Part shown: piece after piece, positions 30,030 to 40,055 of the stretch | How positions within the stretch are numbered: position 1 is the stretch's first letter | How the letters are laid out: every line of letters begins with the position of its first letter | Source: a virus | Lineage: Duplodnaviria > Caudoviricetes | Length of the DNA: 64,000 nucleotides | Reading direction: 5' to 3' (one strand) | IMG/VR virus record: IMGVR_UViG_3300027914_000334 | Span: 1-64,000 of that record | The notes under the pieces: model-generated | Database searches by the model: none | Seen by the model: only the letters and a program-made list of their open reading frames with translations | Told to the model about the DNA's origin: nothing | Position numbers and translations under genes: made by a program

Positions 30030-30455
30030 TTTTCGTTCGGCTTCCTTCTTCTCGTTGAAGTTGGCTGCATCACGAACTGTATCGAGTAACCACGAATCCA
30101 GACCGTAGGCGTTCTTCATAAGGAACTGAAGATTCTCGTTGGTGAAAGGAAGTTCAGCTTCCATATTTTCGATCTTAGCAGTATCCAGAGGGAAGATGGT
30201 TGACAGCCACTTATATGTTACGCCATGCCAACCCTTAACGCAAGTACTTGCTATTTCATTAGAAAGAGCATCAGAATCAAGCTTCTCTTCCTTGCTATGA
30301 GTTCTGGCATCAAAGCTGATCTTAGTGTTGCGACCAAGCATTTGCTGAAGCTGAGAGCGACCAAGGAACATAACATCAAACGAAACGTTGTAATCCTTAT
30401 CATAAACTACATTCTTAACAACACCATTCTTAGCTACTAAATCAGAAAGATTCAT
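30024..30455 (-). CDS. tail assembly chaperone (gpG-like)
   Basis: Between tube and tape measure; AAGGAG RBS before MNLSDL; ends CGA AAA AAC TAA. Confidence 0.85.
   Translation of the reverse strand: MNLSDLVAKNGVVKNVVYDKDYNVSFDVMFLGRSQLQQMLGRNTKISFDARTHSKEEKLDSDALSNEIASTCVKGWHGVTYKWLSTIFPLDTAKIENMEAELPFTNENLQFLMKNAYGLDSWLLDTVRDAANFNEKKEAERKN
30027..30033 (-). other. -1 ribosomal frameshift slippery heptamer A AAA AAC
   Basis: X XXY YYZ in frame immediately before the stop; joins the two chaperone frames. Confidence 0.85.
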
Positions 30456-30566
30456 ATTAGAACACTCCTTAATAATTTGGTTAATGTGAGGAATCACGTC
30501 AAAAATACTAGGACAGTTAATTTGGTACCACAACATGCTTAACATTGCAACATCCTAAAATAAAAA

Positions 30567-30596
30567 TCGTGTTAGGGCTAGATCACCCTAACACGA
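30567..30596 (-). terminator. intrinsic terminator after tail tube gene
   Basis: TCGTGTTAGGG/CCCTAACACGA stem followed by TTTTTATTTT on minus strand. Confidence 0.8.
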
Positions 30597-30613
30597 CTTC
30601 TACGTTAAATCAA

Positions 30614-31603
30614 TTACTCACCGGGGGCTGGATCGATAGCTGAGAGACTATTGACGATAGTAACGATTACGTCTGTCTGCTCGGTATCATCACGACGAGC
30701 TTGGAAGTTGAGTGGCAGGTTAAGACCACCGGCACCAGCAATCTTCGGGGCTTCACCACCGACCTTAACGGCGGGGAATTCGAAGGTCATTGTATCACCG
30801 ATACCATTGTCGAACACGAACTTGATACCACATTCTACACCACTGGAATAGACGTTGTAGAGGTCGGCGTTCTCAAAGAACACAGTGAAGTCGCCGGTGC
30901 ACTGACGCTTACCATAAGAAGCAGAGGCGCGATAGGGCGAACCAAGAACATAACCGTCGGTTTCGATGTTGTTGTTGATCGAGATCGAACCACTAACAAC
31001 GTTACCAAGGGCTACATAGTCAACACCATTGGTATGGTTTGTATAAACGGTGCACTGGAAACCAGTGAAACCATTCTTTGTGCCATACACGGCAACGCCG
31101 TTAATCTGGGTTGTCTGAGCGATGCTTTCTGTCTTACCGATGAAGTCGAAGGTAACTTCGTGGAAGCCTTCTTGAACGAGGTTAATCGTCATCGAGTTAA
31201 CGCGAAGACCGGTATACTTGAAGTACTGTCCTACGTTAACGAAGCCCTTCTCCAGAGAGATGCCTTCCAGATAGTTAGCATCACCCTTCATTACATGGGT
31301 GTATGGGCCTGAACCGGTTGTGGTAACTGTGGGCTTACCAAGAAGGTGACGAATAAGAACTTCTAGACCTTCTGGGAAAAGTTCGGTTACTACGTTACCA
31401 GCAACGGCTTTATTACCATCACCAAGACCTACTACGGAACGATACTGGTTAATGGTGTCGGACTGGAAGAGATTCTTTGTGGAACCAATAGTCTCAGAAC
31501 GAATGTTAAGACCGTAGACTTTCGTAGGTGCTACAGGAGTAGTACCCCATGTCTGCTCTTGGCAAAATTTTAACGCGGCATTGGAACCAATTGCACGAGC
31601 CAT
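30614..31603 (-). CDS. major tail tube protein
   Basis: E.TWGTTP, GPYTH, SLEKG...KYTGLRVNSM pattern; biased codon usage; position. Confidence 0.85.
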   Translation of the reverse strand: MARAIGSNAALKFCQEQTWGTTPVAPTKVYGLNIRSETIGSTKNLFQSDTINQYRSVVGLGDGNKAVAGNVVTELFPEGLEVLIRHLLGKPTVTTTGSGPYTHVMKGDANYLEGISLEKGFVNVGQYFKYTGLRVNSMTINLVQEGFHEVTFDFIGKTESIAQTTQINGVAVYGTKNGFTGFQCTVYTNHTNGVDYVALGNVVSGSISINNNIETDGYVLGSPYRASASYGKRQCTGDFTVFFENADLYNVYSSGVECGIKFVFDNGIGDTMTFEFPAVKVGGEAPKIAGAGGLNLPLNFQARRDDTEQTDVIVTIVNSLSAIDPAPGE

Positions 31604-31625
31604 ATTCTATTTCTCCTTTTTTGAG

Positions 31626-32108
31626 TTACAAACTTGTCCCTGTGAATGAGTAATTGATATCCAGTTCGATCACGAATCCACCCATAGGATTAATCATTTC
31701 TTCCACCGGATAGACCCTTTGTGGCATAACATAGGTGCAAAGATGAGAGAGCGTTTCATCTGTAAGAATAGCTACAAGTATATCTTTTTGCAAGCAGTTC
31801 ATCATTGTATCTAAGTTTTGTGTATCTGTTAGCAATTTAACGAAGCCTACTATCTGAACTTTTATAATATTGTCGAAATTTCTACTTGGAAGTGGGTTAA
31901 ACTCTTCGCCTTCATTATTTATAATAACCCATGGCATAGGACGAGCTTCTAAGTCGTCTATAGTTACTGCCGCATATTGTCTATCAACATAACACACGGA
32001 GTTTTCATAATATACGTCTGAGAACTCACTTGGCTTTGTATTGAGTTGGATAGCGGCTATAATAGCTTCAAGCCGTTTTAAGATTATTTCCTTTTTCGAG
32101 TCTGCCAT
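31626..32108 (-). CDS. tail terminator-like protein
   Basis: Position before tube gene; size; acidic alpha/beta pattern. Confidence 0.6.
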   Translation of the reverse strand: MADSKKEIILKRLEAIIAAIQLNTKPSEFSDVYYENSVCYVDRQYAAVTIDDLEARPMPWVIINNEGEEFNPLPSRNFDNIIKVQIVGFVKLLTDTQNLDTMMNCLQKDILVAILTDETLSHLCTYVMPQRVYPVEEMINPMGGFVIELDINYSFTGTSL

Positions 32109-32109
32109 A

Positions 32110-32736
32110 TTAGTTACCTTTCATTCTTTTTCTAATTTCATCTCTAATTTCATTGATATAATCAGCTATAGATTTAACTCCAGCTTCCAACATCAATGTT
32201 CCATTACTATATATCTTACTCTTTTTACGCATTACATGTATTCGTCGTCTTTTACTCTTCCAATCCCACTTGACTTGACCTTTTGGACGTTTACCATAAT
32301 ACCATACTAATGGTGAGCTTGCGGTTAAGTTAGAAGTAGATGGGATTACATAGTTTTCTCGACCATAATTCAACAATTTAATAATTGTTGAACCTTTTAC
32401 TTTGTGTTGATTATTGGAAGAATTATATACAAATGTATGGTCTGCTCCTTCAAAATAATCATGAGTAAATTTATACAATTGGTTATCTCTATTTTTTGAT
32501 GTATTATATACTTTAAATCCTCTTAATATTTTTGGTAGTCGTTTTCCAAATCTAACATTATAGCTAGAAAGCCTATCCATAATTGCATCTACATATATTG
32601 TTTTTAACTCTTTTTGATTTACTCGTTTTAATTGTTCAGTAACACCAGAATATATTTTATTATAATTGCGTATCATTTTAACAAGATCGTTAGTTTTGCC
32701 TTGTTTGAATTCAAATTTGAAATATCTTGTAGCCAT
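32110..32736 (-). CDS. basic neck/tail completion protein
   Basis: Position in head-tail joining block. Confidence 0.5.
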   Translation of the reverse strand: MATRYFKFEFKQGKTNDLVKMIRNYNKIYSGVTEQLKRVNQKELKTIYVDAIMDRLSSYNVRFGKRLPKILRGFKVYNTSKNRDNQLYKFTHDYFEGADHTFVYNSSNNQHKVKGSTIIKLLNYGRENYVIPSTSNLTASSPLVWYYGKRPKGQVKWDWKSKRRRIHVMRKKSKIYSNGTLMLEAGVKSIADYINEIRDEIRKRMKGN

Positions 32737-33419
32737 TATAATTTCATCACTTTCAGTTTAATACTTTTAATGATTTCATTATAAGCAGAATTTCTATTTT
32801 TAACACCATCGACGGTTTCTTTGTCTACGCTTATGTTTCCGCGTCTATCGAAGTTGTATTTATTTCCACCTTGCAAATAAGCAGATTCTTTGAATGTCTT
32901 GTCTCCAAGTTTATAGAACACAAGATTTATAAGATCATCTTCGAACATATCTGGGATTTCCGTAATTGTCCTATATTTCTCATATTCATAATAAACAGTC
33001 ACTACAGACGTTGGAGTTGGGATAAGATCGAATTTATCTGCGGCAACTATTTCTGCATCTTTTGGATTTAACTTCCTTATGATATCAAGACGCTGAATCA
33101 ATTCAACAGTCTGTGATGGATAGAAAGTACTTAAACTTGAAGATATATCTAAATTGGTTTTAATTTCTGGATCGTTAAATAAAGAAGTAGATTCTTGTGT
33201 GTAATAAACTTGTTTGAGTTTAATCAGATTAGAATCTGTTACGGTATATCTAGTCTGACCAGCAACTGTGTGAATGTGTCCTATTTCAACTAATGGATAA
33301 TATTCGGAAATTGTCTTTACAGCTTTATTAATCATTCTAGTAAGCATAGCATTATCGTATGTTGTTGCTGAAAGACCATAATCTGTTCTAAGTATATCTA
33401 AAATGGTTTCTAATAACAT
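32736..33419 (-). CDS. head-tail adaptor/connector
   Basis: INKAV..IS.YYP, TVAGQTRY, L.PTP motifs; position. Confidence 0.65.
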   Translation of the reverse strand: MLLETILDILRTDYGLSATTYDNAMLTRMINKAVKTISEYYPLVEIGHIHTVAGQTRYTVTDSNLIKLKQVYYTQESTSLFNDPEIKTNLDISSSLSTFYPSQTVELIQRLDIIRKLNPKDAEIVAADKFDLIPTPTSVVTVYYEYEKYRTITEIPDMFEDDLINLVFYKLGDKTFKESAYLQGGNKYNFDRRGNISVDKETVDGVKNRNSAYNEIIKSIKLKVMKL

Positions 33420-33422
33420 AAA

Positions 33423-34127
33423 TTATCCTTTCTTACACACCTTATACAATAGGAACTTCCAGTTGTATTTCTTCATGAATTCCCAACCGGGAATATACAG
33501 GTTGAACATCTTCTGATAGTATGACTTTACACCACATTTCATACCAAACTTAGAAGCAATCTCGTCAAATTGGGCTTTTGTGAAGATTGTTTCGTTTTCA
33601 GAAACTTTCTTTTCTTCATTATCCATGTTTAGGATGCAGAACACAATAGCTCCATCCTTACATACTTTATTAATCTGATCCATTACAATATACAACTTGT
33701 TACGTGGAATATAATTCATCATAAACATCGAATGAACAAAGTCTATAGAGTTGGGTTCTATCATCTCCAAATCCCAAGCAGGAGAACATACAGTTTTAAT
33801 ATTTTTAAATGGAGACTTAGAAATAGCATAATTAGAAATATCAACACCAATGCTATTTGCTCCATAATCTGCAAATGCCGATGTAATAGCTCCCATAGCA
33901 GAACCAAGATCGAGCACATTCTTTCCTTTGATACCAAAAATCTTATCTATAAAATAGGCATACATCATCTGCCAAGCACCCTTGGATGATACGTCAATAC
34001 CATGCATTTTTAATCCATCAAAATACTCTTGTTCAAACGATATAGGTGTTTCAAGCGACTGTTCTGTTTGTTGTATAGTTTCATCTTTAATTTCTTCAGT
34101 TACTACATTCTTACTTCTCTTAGTCAT
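33423..34127 (-). CDS. class I SAM-dependent methyltransferase
   Basis: VLDLGSAMG, GVDIS, SIDFVHS; G.WQ..Y..FI...F shared with 9525-10145. Confidence 0.85.
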   Translation of the reverse strand: MTKRSKNVVTEEIKDETIQQTEQSLETPISFEQEYFDGLKMHGIDVSSKGAWQMMYAYFIDKIFGIKGKNVLDLGSAMGAITSAFADYGANSIGVDISNYAISKSPFKNIKTVCSPAWDLEMIEPNSIDFVHSMFMMNYIPRNKLYIVMDQINKVCKDGAIVFCILNMDNEEKKVSENETIFTKAQFDEIASKFGMKCGVKSYYQKMFNLYIPGWEFMKKYNWKFLLYKVCKKG

Positions 34128-34128
34128 A

Positions 34129-35166
34129 TTATTCTCCTACTATTGATTCGATCTTGGTTTGTATTTTTGATATTAATTCATCTTCATTGAAACTTCGCAT
34201 ACAATTTATCTTTCTTTCGCAAAACTTTTGCGTTTCAAAGCAAGGTTTACAACCGATCATTTCCGCTATAGAAATAGACTTAGCCTTTTCTGGATATTGT
34301 GGATGTAAAGAAACTCGTTCTTCTTCTCTAGTAGGCCCAAGTATTACGAGTACAGGACAATTTGCTGAATGAGCCATCCACAACATTCCAGAATCCATTG
34401 TTATACAACAATCCAATTGCATAAGAGTTGCTATAACCTGATATGTGTCTAATTTACCACATGTGTTAATGATGTTCGTACCTTCAAAACCCTTAGAAGC
34501 ATCAGCATCGAGTAAAACAACTGTATACTTTTCTGCTAGTTTATGGCTTATTCTCTTAACTAGTTCATAGTTAAGAGTTTTTAGCATACCAGAACCACGA
34601 ATTTGGATGCCTATTTTCTTTCTTTTTGTATCCATATAGCTAACAACATCCTTGCTTAGATGTGTAGGGTTCCAGTCAAGGTCTTCTTTATTTATGCCAT
34701 GAATTCCTAATATATTCAAATAGATTTCTACTCTATGTAACTGATTCTCATCATTACTAAGACTATGATCCTTCTCAAGACACCCATTTAGATTGAAACA
34801 AATATCGTTGTTAGTGAAAGTTACAGCAGAAGATTCGGTATTAAATCTGATATCTCTGTATATATTTCTAAGTTTCATACAATATTCATCGGTTGTTGTT
34901 ATCCATACATTTTTAATATTATAATACTTTTTAAAATATCTAGCTACTGCTATTAGTTGTATTAAGTCACCAAGCGCATAATTTCTCAATAAGTATACAT
35001 TATTTAAATTTTTAAACATATCGGTATTAAATTTTACAAAAGCATATTCTGGCAAATACTTAAATGCTGTAGATTCAACAACCATACCGGGAGCAACAGC
35101 AACTGGAAATATTGATGTCGGAACATCAAGTACTTGTGTTAGTTTGCTTCTATTAACCATTAACAT
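34129..35166 (-). CDS. GT9 (heptosyltransferase-like) glycosyltransferase
   Basis: RNYALGDLI, DSGMLWMAHS...VILGPT, CKPC...C...CM. Confidence 0.87.
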   Translation of the reverse strand: MLMVNRSKLTQVLDVPTSIFPVAVAPGMVVESTAFKYLPEYAFVKFNTDMFKNLNNVYLLRNYALGDLIQLIAVARYFKKYYNIKNVWITTTDEYCMKLRNIYRDIRFNTESSAVTFTNNDICFNLNGCLEKDHSLSNDENQLHRVEIYLNILGIHGINKEDLDWNPTHLSKDVVSYMDTKRKKIGIQIRGSGMLKTLNYELVKRISHKLAEKYTVVLLDADASKGFEGTNIINTCGKLDTYQVIATLMQLDCCITMDSGMLWMAHSANCPVLVILGPTREEERVSLHPQYPEKAKSISIAEMIGCKPCFETQKFCERKINCMRSFNEDELISKIQTKIESIVGE

Positions 35167-35776
35167 TTAATATGTTCTCCGCATAAGAAATCTCATCTTG
35201 GGTTATAGGTATTGAAAAATCATAATTATCAACGTTTATTCCAAAAAATCTTTCGTATAGTTTAGTTCTGTGTATGAGTCTTTCGCTATTCGTTAAACTA
35301 TGATCTTGTTCAAGAACACCATCTAAGCAAACTGTTTTATCATAGTTTGACTTTTTATACAAATTAAGATTTATCACATCATCAAATGCATCTACAACCC
35401 TCTTCATTGGCCCAACAAATCTTTCTTGTGTTATTAAAGATATCCTAAAGTTATATATCTTTTTAAGATGTCTAGCTACTGGCAATAACATAATTAAATC
35501 ACCAAGAGCACCAAATCTAATGATACCAAGTTTAAATCTGATATCCTTATTTTCCTTTGATGTTTGATCTATTACTTTTGTTTCTTGTGGTATTGACTCT
35601 AAAGGTTTATTGAATTTCAAATCATCTTCTGATAAAAAATATTCCTCTTTCAATAATATTTCTGCTATCTTGTCTGGAACATCAGTCCAATTATTTCTAA
35701 CAAACTGTTTGAAATAAGAATATTGCATTAGACATATCTGTATTTTCTCATATAATCCAGTGTATTTTATTTTCAT
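35153..35776 (-). CDS. GT9-like protein, N-terminal (acceptor) half only, with an extra N-terminal domain
   Basis: IRFGALGDLIMLLP; LDGVLEQDHSLTNSE..IHR paralogous to 34129-35166; no C-terminal Rossmann domain. Confidence 0.72.
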   Translation of the reverse strand: MKIKYTGLYEKIQICLMQYSYFKQFVRNNWTDVPDKIAEILLKEEYFLSEDDLKFNKPLESIPQETKVIDQTSKENKDIRFKLGIIRFGALGDLIMLLPVARHLKKIYNFRISLITQERFVGPMKRVVDAFDDVINLNLYKKSNYDKTVCLDGVLEQDHSLTNSERLIHRTKLYERFFGINVDNYDFSIPITQDEISYAENILNVNG

Positions 35777-35819
35777 ATAATACTCCTATATTATGATATA
35801 CAGCTACATATAGAAATAA

Positions 35820-35847
35820 ACAAGGGGTGGATTTCTCCACCCCTTGT
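35820..35847 (-). terminator. intrinsic terminator after capsid gene
   Basis: ACAAGGGGTGGA/TCCACCCCTTGT stem followed by TTATTT. Confidence 0.8.
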
Positions 35848-35893
35848 AGTTGTCATAAGCGTTTAATGATCTTAAACGCTTATTTTATGCATT

Positions 35894-37039
35894 TCACGAA
35901 CCGGTAATTGTTAATACTCCTAACAAATCCCCTCTGACGCACTTCATACCGGCGCGGCTAAGGATAGCGCGTGTGGTAACGAAGGTATCAGGATTGGTGA
36001 AAGGATCGGAGAAGTAGGACAGGATGTAAGGTGCCCACACGTAGCAGGTATCCATCCAGTTAGAGGCGTTGTTGTAACCCATGAGAACCTTGTTGGCGGG
36101 GAAGAATGGGTCAACATAGATGCGCCAGCGGCTATTCAGGGTACCCATGAAGTAACGGCCACCGGTAGAAATGATCTTCTGTTCAACGGTAGCGGCATCA
36201 TCGGCGCGGAAACCAGCCATCTTCTCCATGAAACCAGCTACTTCGGCAGGAACCACGATCCAGTTGGTCTTGCGATAGGTCTTCTTGAAGATTTGCGTAT
36301 CGATATCGATAAGCTTCTCGTAGAAGGTTTCCATCCAAACCTTGCGGTCGGTATAGGTGATACCAGCAGGAACGCTCTGGTCGAAGGTAGCGGCACCACC
36401 GGTAGCTCCATCAAGCATGTCTTGAAGAACCATGCGATCCCACTCACGAACGATTTCAGCACCGAGAGCGAAGTTAAGATCGGAAGCAACGTTGATACCA
36501 TGATAAGCCATGATATCTTGATAGCTTTCGATTGTATTCGACGCCTTAAGCTTCTTCTCTACAGCGGTGAGTGAGCTATCGGTGATCTTCAGTACGATTT
36601 CTTTGATAGCCTTGGGAGAATTTGGGTTGTATTCCTCGTTATCAGCATAGGTGCGGCGGTTGTGGATGTCGGCACTTACGGAAGTGGCATCGTCGCGCTG
36701 AATGTCATAGTAGAAAATCTTGGTGGTAGGCTGACTCATCGGCTGAACGCTAACGAGTTCCTGCGAAATCATCGAAGGGAATACCTTGCGAATGAGAGGA
36801 AGTTGGGTCTTGACGAAGGTAGCCGCAGAAGCGTTGGTAGTCATAGCTTCCTTGATAGCTTCGTAAGAAGGCAGACCGGTCTTCAGACCGAAATCCTTGA
36901 TGGCGTTGTCGATGAGGACAGCCATCTTGTTTTGCTGAACTTTGGCGAGGTCTTCATTTTTGGTGTAGTGAGTAACACCTTCCATGAGATGACCAAAGGT
37001 CTTGAAAATCTGCTCATTGCGTTCGGTAAAGGTTTGCAT
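35894..37039 (-). CDS. major capsid protein, T4 gp23-like
   Basis: LPLIRKVFP, VSVQPMSQPT..IFY, EI..E.DR, IYVDP, WAPY; strong codon bias. Confidence 0.93.
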   Translation of the reverse strand: MQTFTERNEQIFKTFGHLMEGVTHYTKNEDLAKVQQNKMAVLIDNAIKDFGLKTGLPSYEAIKEAMTTNASAATFVKTQLPLIRKVFPSMISQELVSVQPMSQPTTKIFYYDIQRDDATSVSADIHNRRTYADNEEYNPNSPKAIKEIVLKITDSSLTAVEKKLKASNTIESYQDIMAYHGINVASDLNFALGAEIVREWDRMVLQDMLDGATGGAATFDQSVPAGITYTDRKVWMETFYEKLIDIDTQIFKKTYRKTNWIVVPAEVAGFMEKMAGFRADDAATVEQKIISTGGRYFMGTLNSRWRIYVDPFFPANKVLMGYNNASNWMDTCYVWAPYILSYFSDPFTNPDTFVTTRAILSRAGMKCVRGDLLGVLTITGS

Positions 37040-37069
37040 ACTAGATTTCTCCTTTTAAATTTTTCTTAA

Positions 37070-38275
37070 TTACAGAATTTTCTTGTAATCTTCAACTGAC
37101 AGAATCGCAAGACCTGCGCTCTTACGTTGATCGTTCATGAGTTTGAGATCGGCAAGTAACTTAGCATCCGTAACAACCTGAGCTTCGTTTTCGGTCTTAG
37201 GCTTCGCGGCGGCTTCGTCTGTAACCTTTTTGAACTCATCAAGGAATGTCTTATTTGCATCATATACCTTGCGAACTTCTTCGGCATTGATACAAGCTTC
37301 GAACTTAGCCATCAGAGAGTCGAATTTGGCAAACTCTGGATCGTTAGCTTTGATGGTTTCGATTTCCTTGTCCTTCGAAATCTTGACCTTCTCAGCTTCG
37401 ATAGCTGTGAGTTGTTCATTAGCAGATTCAAGAGCCTTCTTAGCTACATTAAGCTCATCAGTAAGCTTCTTAATTTCGGCATCCTTAGCGGAAATAATTT
37501 CCGACTCAGGAAGGGATACAAACATTTCGGGCTTAATAGCTTTGATGCTTTCAACAAGCTTCTCAAAGTTGGCAGAGATAGCTTCCGCTTTCTGCTTGAA
37601 AGATTCCACCATAACATTCGACTCGTTAAGCTTCGTTGTAAACGATGCTTCATACTCATCGAAAATCGAAGGGAATTCTTTCTTAAGTTCATCAAGAGAC
37701 TTAGGCATAGATTCTTCGCTCCTTTTACTTTCTAAAGTCATACCATTCTCGGTTTCGGAAACAGCGGGTGTATCTACAAAATCGATATTTTCAAGGACAT
37801 ATCCCTTTTGTATTACATCATGCTTCCCATCAACTCCGGGATATTCCTGATCGCATACTGAAGGGCCATAGCCACGGGTTGAAACGCCCACCATTGCACC
37901 GGCATCCAGTATTGCTTTCAAGTCTTTCCCGTAGGTTGTGTCAATAATTTGAGCCTTATAATAAGCAAAACCATCGTCCTGAATATCACTAACATCAAGC
38001 AGAACCGCACAAGTCTTTGATAAAGTACCACCATCTAACATACCGGGATGATCCATAGCCATCTTAATCTGGCGTTTCTGAACCTTCTCACGGAACTTAG
38101 AAATGGCTTCATTCATAACTTCCTTGGGATAAATACGGTTGTTGAGATTTGGGCGATCTGCCATAGTGAATGGGCCAGAAATAACATATTTCTTACCATT
38201 ACCAGATTCATCTACCATTTCTTCTAACTTTGTACTTCCAAAGTAGGTTTCGAGAATTCTGTTCTTCTTAGCCAT
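37070..38275 (-). CDS. prohead protease (T4 gp21-like) fused to coiled-coil scaffold
   Basis: NLNNRIYP, DHP, GVSTRGYG, DFVDTPA; coiled-coil C-terminal half. Confidence 0.9.
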   Translation of the reverse strand: MAKKNRILETYFGSTKLEEMVDESGNGKKYVISGPFTMADRPNLNNRIYPKEVMNEAISKFREKVQKRQIKMAMDHPGMLDGGTLSKTCAVLLDVSDIQDDGFAYYKAQIIDTTYGKDLKAILDAGAMVGVSTRGYGPSVCDQEYPGVDGKHDVIQKGYVLENIDFVDTPAVSETENGMTLESKRSEESMPKSLDELKKEFPSIFDEYEASFTTKLNESNVMVESFKQKAEAISANFEKLVESIKAIKPEMFVSLPESEIISAKDAEIKKLTDELNVAKKALESANEQLTAIEAEKVKISKDKEIETIKANDPEFAKFDSLMAKFEACINAEEVRKVYDANKTFLDEFKKVTDEAAAKPKTENEAQVVTDAKLLADLKLMNDQRKSAGLAILSVEDYKKIL

Positions 38276-38330
38276 GTTATTTATTCCTTCGTTAAATTCA
38301 CTTTTATCTTATCTTCGGACTTAAGTAAAG

Positions 38331-38477
38331 TCAAACTGTTAGACGAGCAATCGCGTAATATAGTGGATAAGGTAATCCATTAGAAACAGCATGATTATAA
38401 AATTCAATTACTTTCGCAATTTCCACTTCTGAAAACTTATACATCCGTAATGCGTTTTTAATTTCTTTCTCGCTCAT
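38331..38477 (-). CDS. 48-aa hypothetical protein (not in ORF track)
   Basis: MSEKEIKNALRMYKF...ARLTV*; ATGA overlap with upstream stop. Confidence 0.5.
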   Translation of the reverse strand: MSEKEIKNALRMYKFSEVEIAKVIEFYNHAVSNGLPYPLYYAIARLTV

Positions 38478-38950
38478 CTGTATCTTAATATACCTCGCTT
38501 TTTGGCTCTGCCTAATTTAACAGCGGCACCAAGTTGTCCACGCTTTGATCGATATGAATATATACCATGAGCTTTTAAGTTAACCTTAAATTGAAGAATA
38601 CTACCGTCTTTCCTGTTTACATCTACGATTGCAGTATGCCATGTCTTAGGTTTAACATGGATAGATGTTCCTTCATATGCAACTTTGAATGAGTTTAAAA
38701 AAGTCTTAGACTTCTTCAAGAACCTAGCATAAGATGCTCTAATTTTTTTAGAGAACCTTTGAATTCTCTTGGATGGGTAAATATATACATATTGTCCGGG
38801 AGTTCCGAATCTCTGAATGTATTTGGTTCCAGCACCCATAGTACCTAAACGGTACTCATACAAATCACCCTCTATTTGTTCCTTGCTTATTATCGTATCG
38901 AATGAAACATTTGGCATGAAATCATTAACAACTTCCATTAATTGTTCCAT
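38474..38950 (-). CDS. basic head-associated hypothetical protein
   Basis: AGGAG RBS before MEQLM; KYIQR.G.PG.YVYIY motif. Confidence 0.6.
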   Translation of the reverse strand: MEQLMEVVNDFMPNVSFDTIISKEQIEGDLYEYRLGTMGAGTKYIQRFGTPGQYVYIYPSKRIQRFSKKIRASYARFLKKSKTFLNSFKVAYEGTSIHVKPKTWHTAIVDVNRKDGSILQFKVNLKAHGIYSYRSKRGQLGAAVKLGRAKKRGILRYR

Positions 38951-38951
38951 T

Positions 38952-40055
38952 TTATTTCTCCCTAAAAAGGATAGCACTTTTTGGGTCAATCATAAGCTCA
39001 CTCTTATCCATAAGTCGTATCCTTATGAACTTATCATATCTTCCGACTACTTTGCCATAAATTTGTTTATCGCCAGCAAAGAATGAAATCATATCATTGG
39101 CATTGACATCAGTTGATAGTGTTACAAGAGAGAACTTTGCATTTGTATTGAATTCTTTTATATCACCAAGAAATCGCCTAACTGGAAATGCATCACTGAT
39201 ATAGAGATTGTATCGTGTCTTGTATTCTGAGAATCTTCTCTTAATGCTATTGCAGTTATCTTGGTATTCTTTCATGCCAGTTATAGCATACATACCTTTA
39301 TTATAATAGAACTCATTACGCAATGTCATTAAGTCAAAATATTGTTCTTCTGAAGGTAAATCACCTTTTTGATTAAAATTCTTAACAATAAACGTATCAT
39401 AATCTCCAGAATTCATAGTATTTGTATATAAATACAATAAAGAACATTTACAATTCGATAGACATCTACTAGCACCAGATTTAGGATAACCGGGTAGTGA
39501 TTTTTTTGTATATGGATTCTTAGCATTGAATACTATACAATCAAGACAATGTTTATCCGTTTCTCCAAGATTCCATAAAATCTTAGCTTCTTCTGGCATG
39601 TATACAAGTCTACCAAATCCAAACATAGCATCTAGGCTGTCAGAATACATTCCCATACGCCTTACATATGGCATCTTACCAGAACCAGTTATGATATCGT
39701 CGGCAAATTTAGACATATAATCCATTTCACGCTTTACTTGATAACCTACGAATCTTCGTTCTGTTTCATCAAGACCATTATAATGGCCTTGTCCGAATAC
39801 TTTACCATTAGCATAAGCTTCTGTGAATGCTAGCTTCATAGATTCTTTTTGCATCTTTAGATAGTCTGCTTTTGTTATCCTACCAGCAATCAATAATTGC
39901 ATATTACCAATAAGCTTATCATGGTAATCTTTTTTAATCTTGATATAGTCACCTATGACCTTTTTCTTCATACGTGGAGAAAGGTTAATAGGCAAAGATA
40001 CACCACGATTCTTCTTTAGAAGGTTCTTAGAGAATTTTTCGCATTTTTCGCACAT
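38952..40055 (-). CDS. head morphogenesis/minor capsid protein (Mu gpF/SPP1 gp7-like)
   Basis: W......HCLDC...LP..P....CLSNCKC; follows portal. Confidence 0.65.
   Translation of the reverse strand: MCEKCEKFSKNLLKKNRGVSLPINLSPRMKKKVIGDYIKIKKDYHDKLIGNMQLLIAGRITKADYLKMQKESMKLAFTEAYANGKVFGQGHYNGLDETERRFVGYQVKREMDYMSKFADDIITGSGKMPYVRRMGMYSDSLDAMFGFGRLVYMPEEAKILWNLGETDKHCLDCIVFNAKNPYTKKSLPGYPKSGASRCLSNCKCSLLYLYTNTMNSGDYDTFIVKNFNQKGDLPSEEQYFDLMTLRNEFYYNKGMYAITGMKEYQDNCNSIKRRFSEYKTRYNLYISDAFPVRRFLGDIKEFNTNAKFSLVTLSTDVNANDMISFFAGDKQIYGKVVGRYDKFIRIRLMDKSELMIDPKSAILFREK

Noticed and set aside
35787-35815. Shared late-promoter motif (TGTATA...ATATAG-like near 11460, 35790 and 43805)
   Set aside because: Too short and AT-rich to separate from background by eye.
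37230-37850. Long antisense ORFs (also 23664-24272, 30701-31312, 48032-48595 and similar)
   Set aside because: Shadows of codon-biased genes on the opposite strand; no RBS or recognisable motifs.
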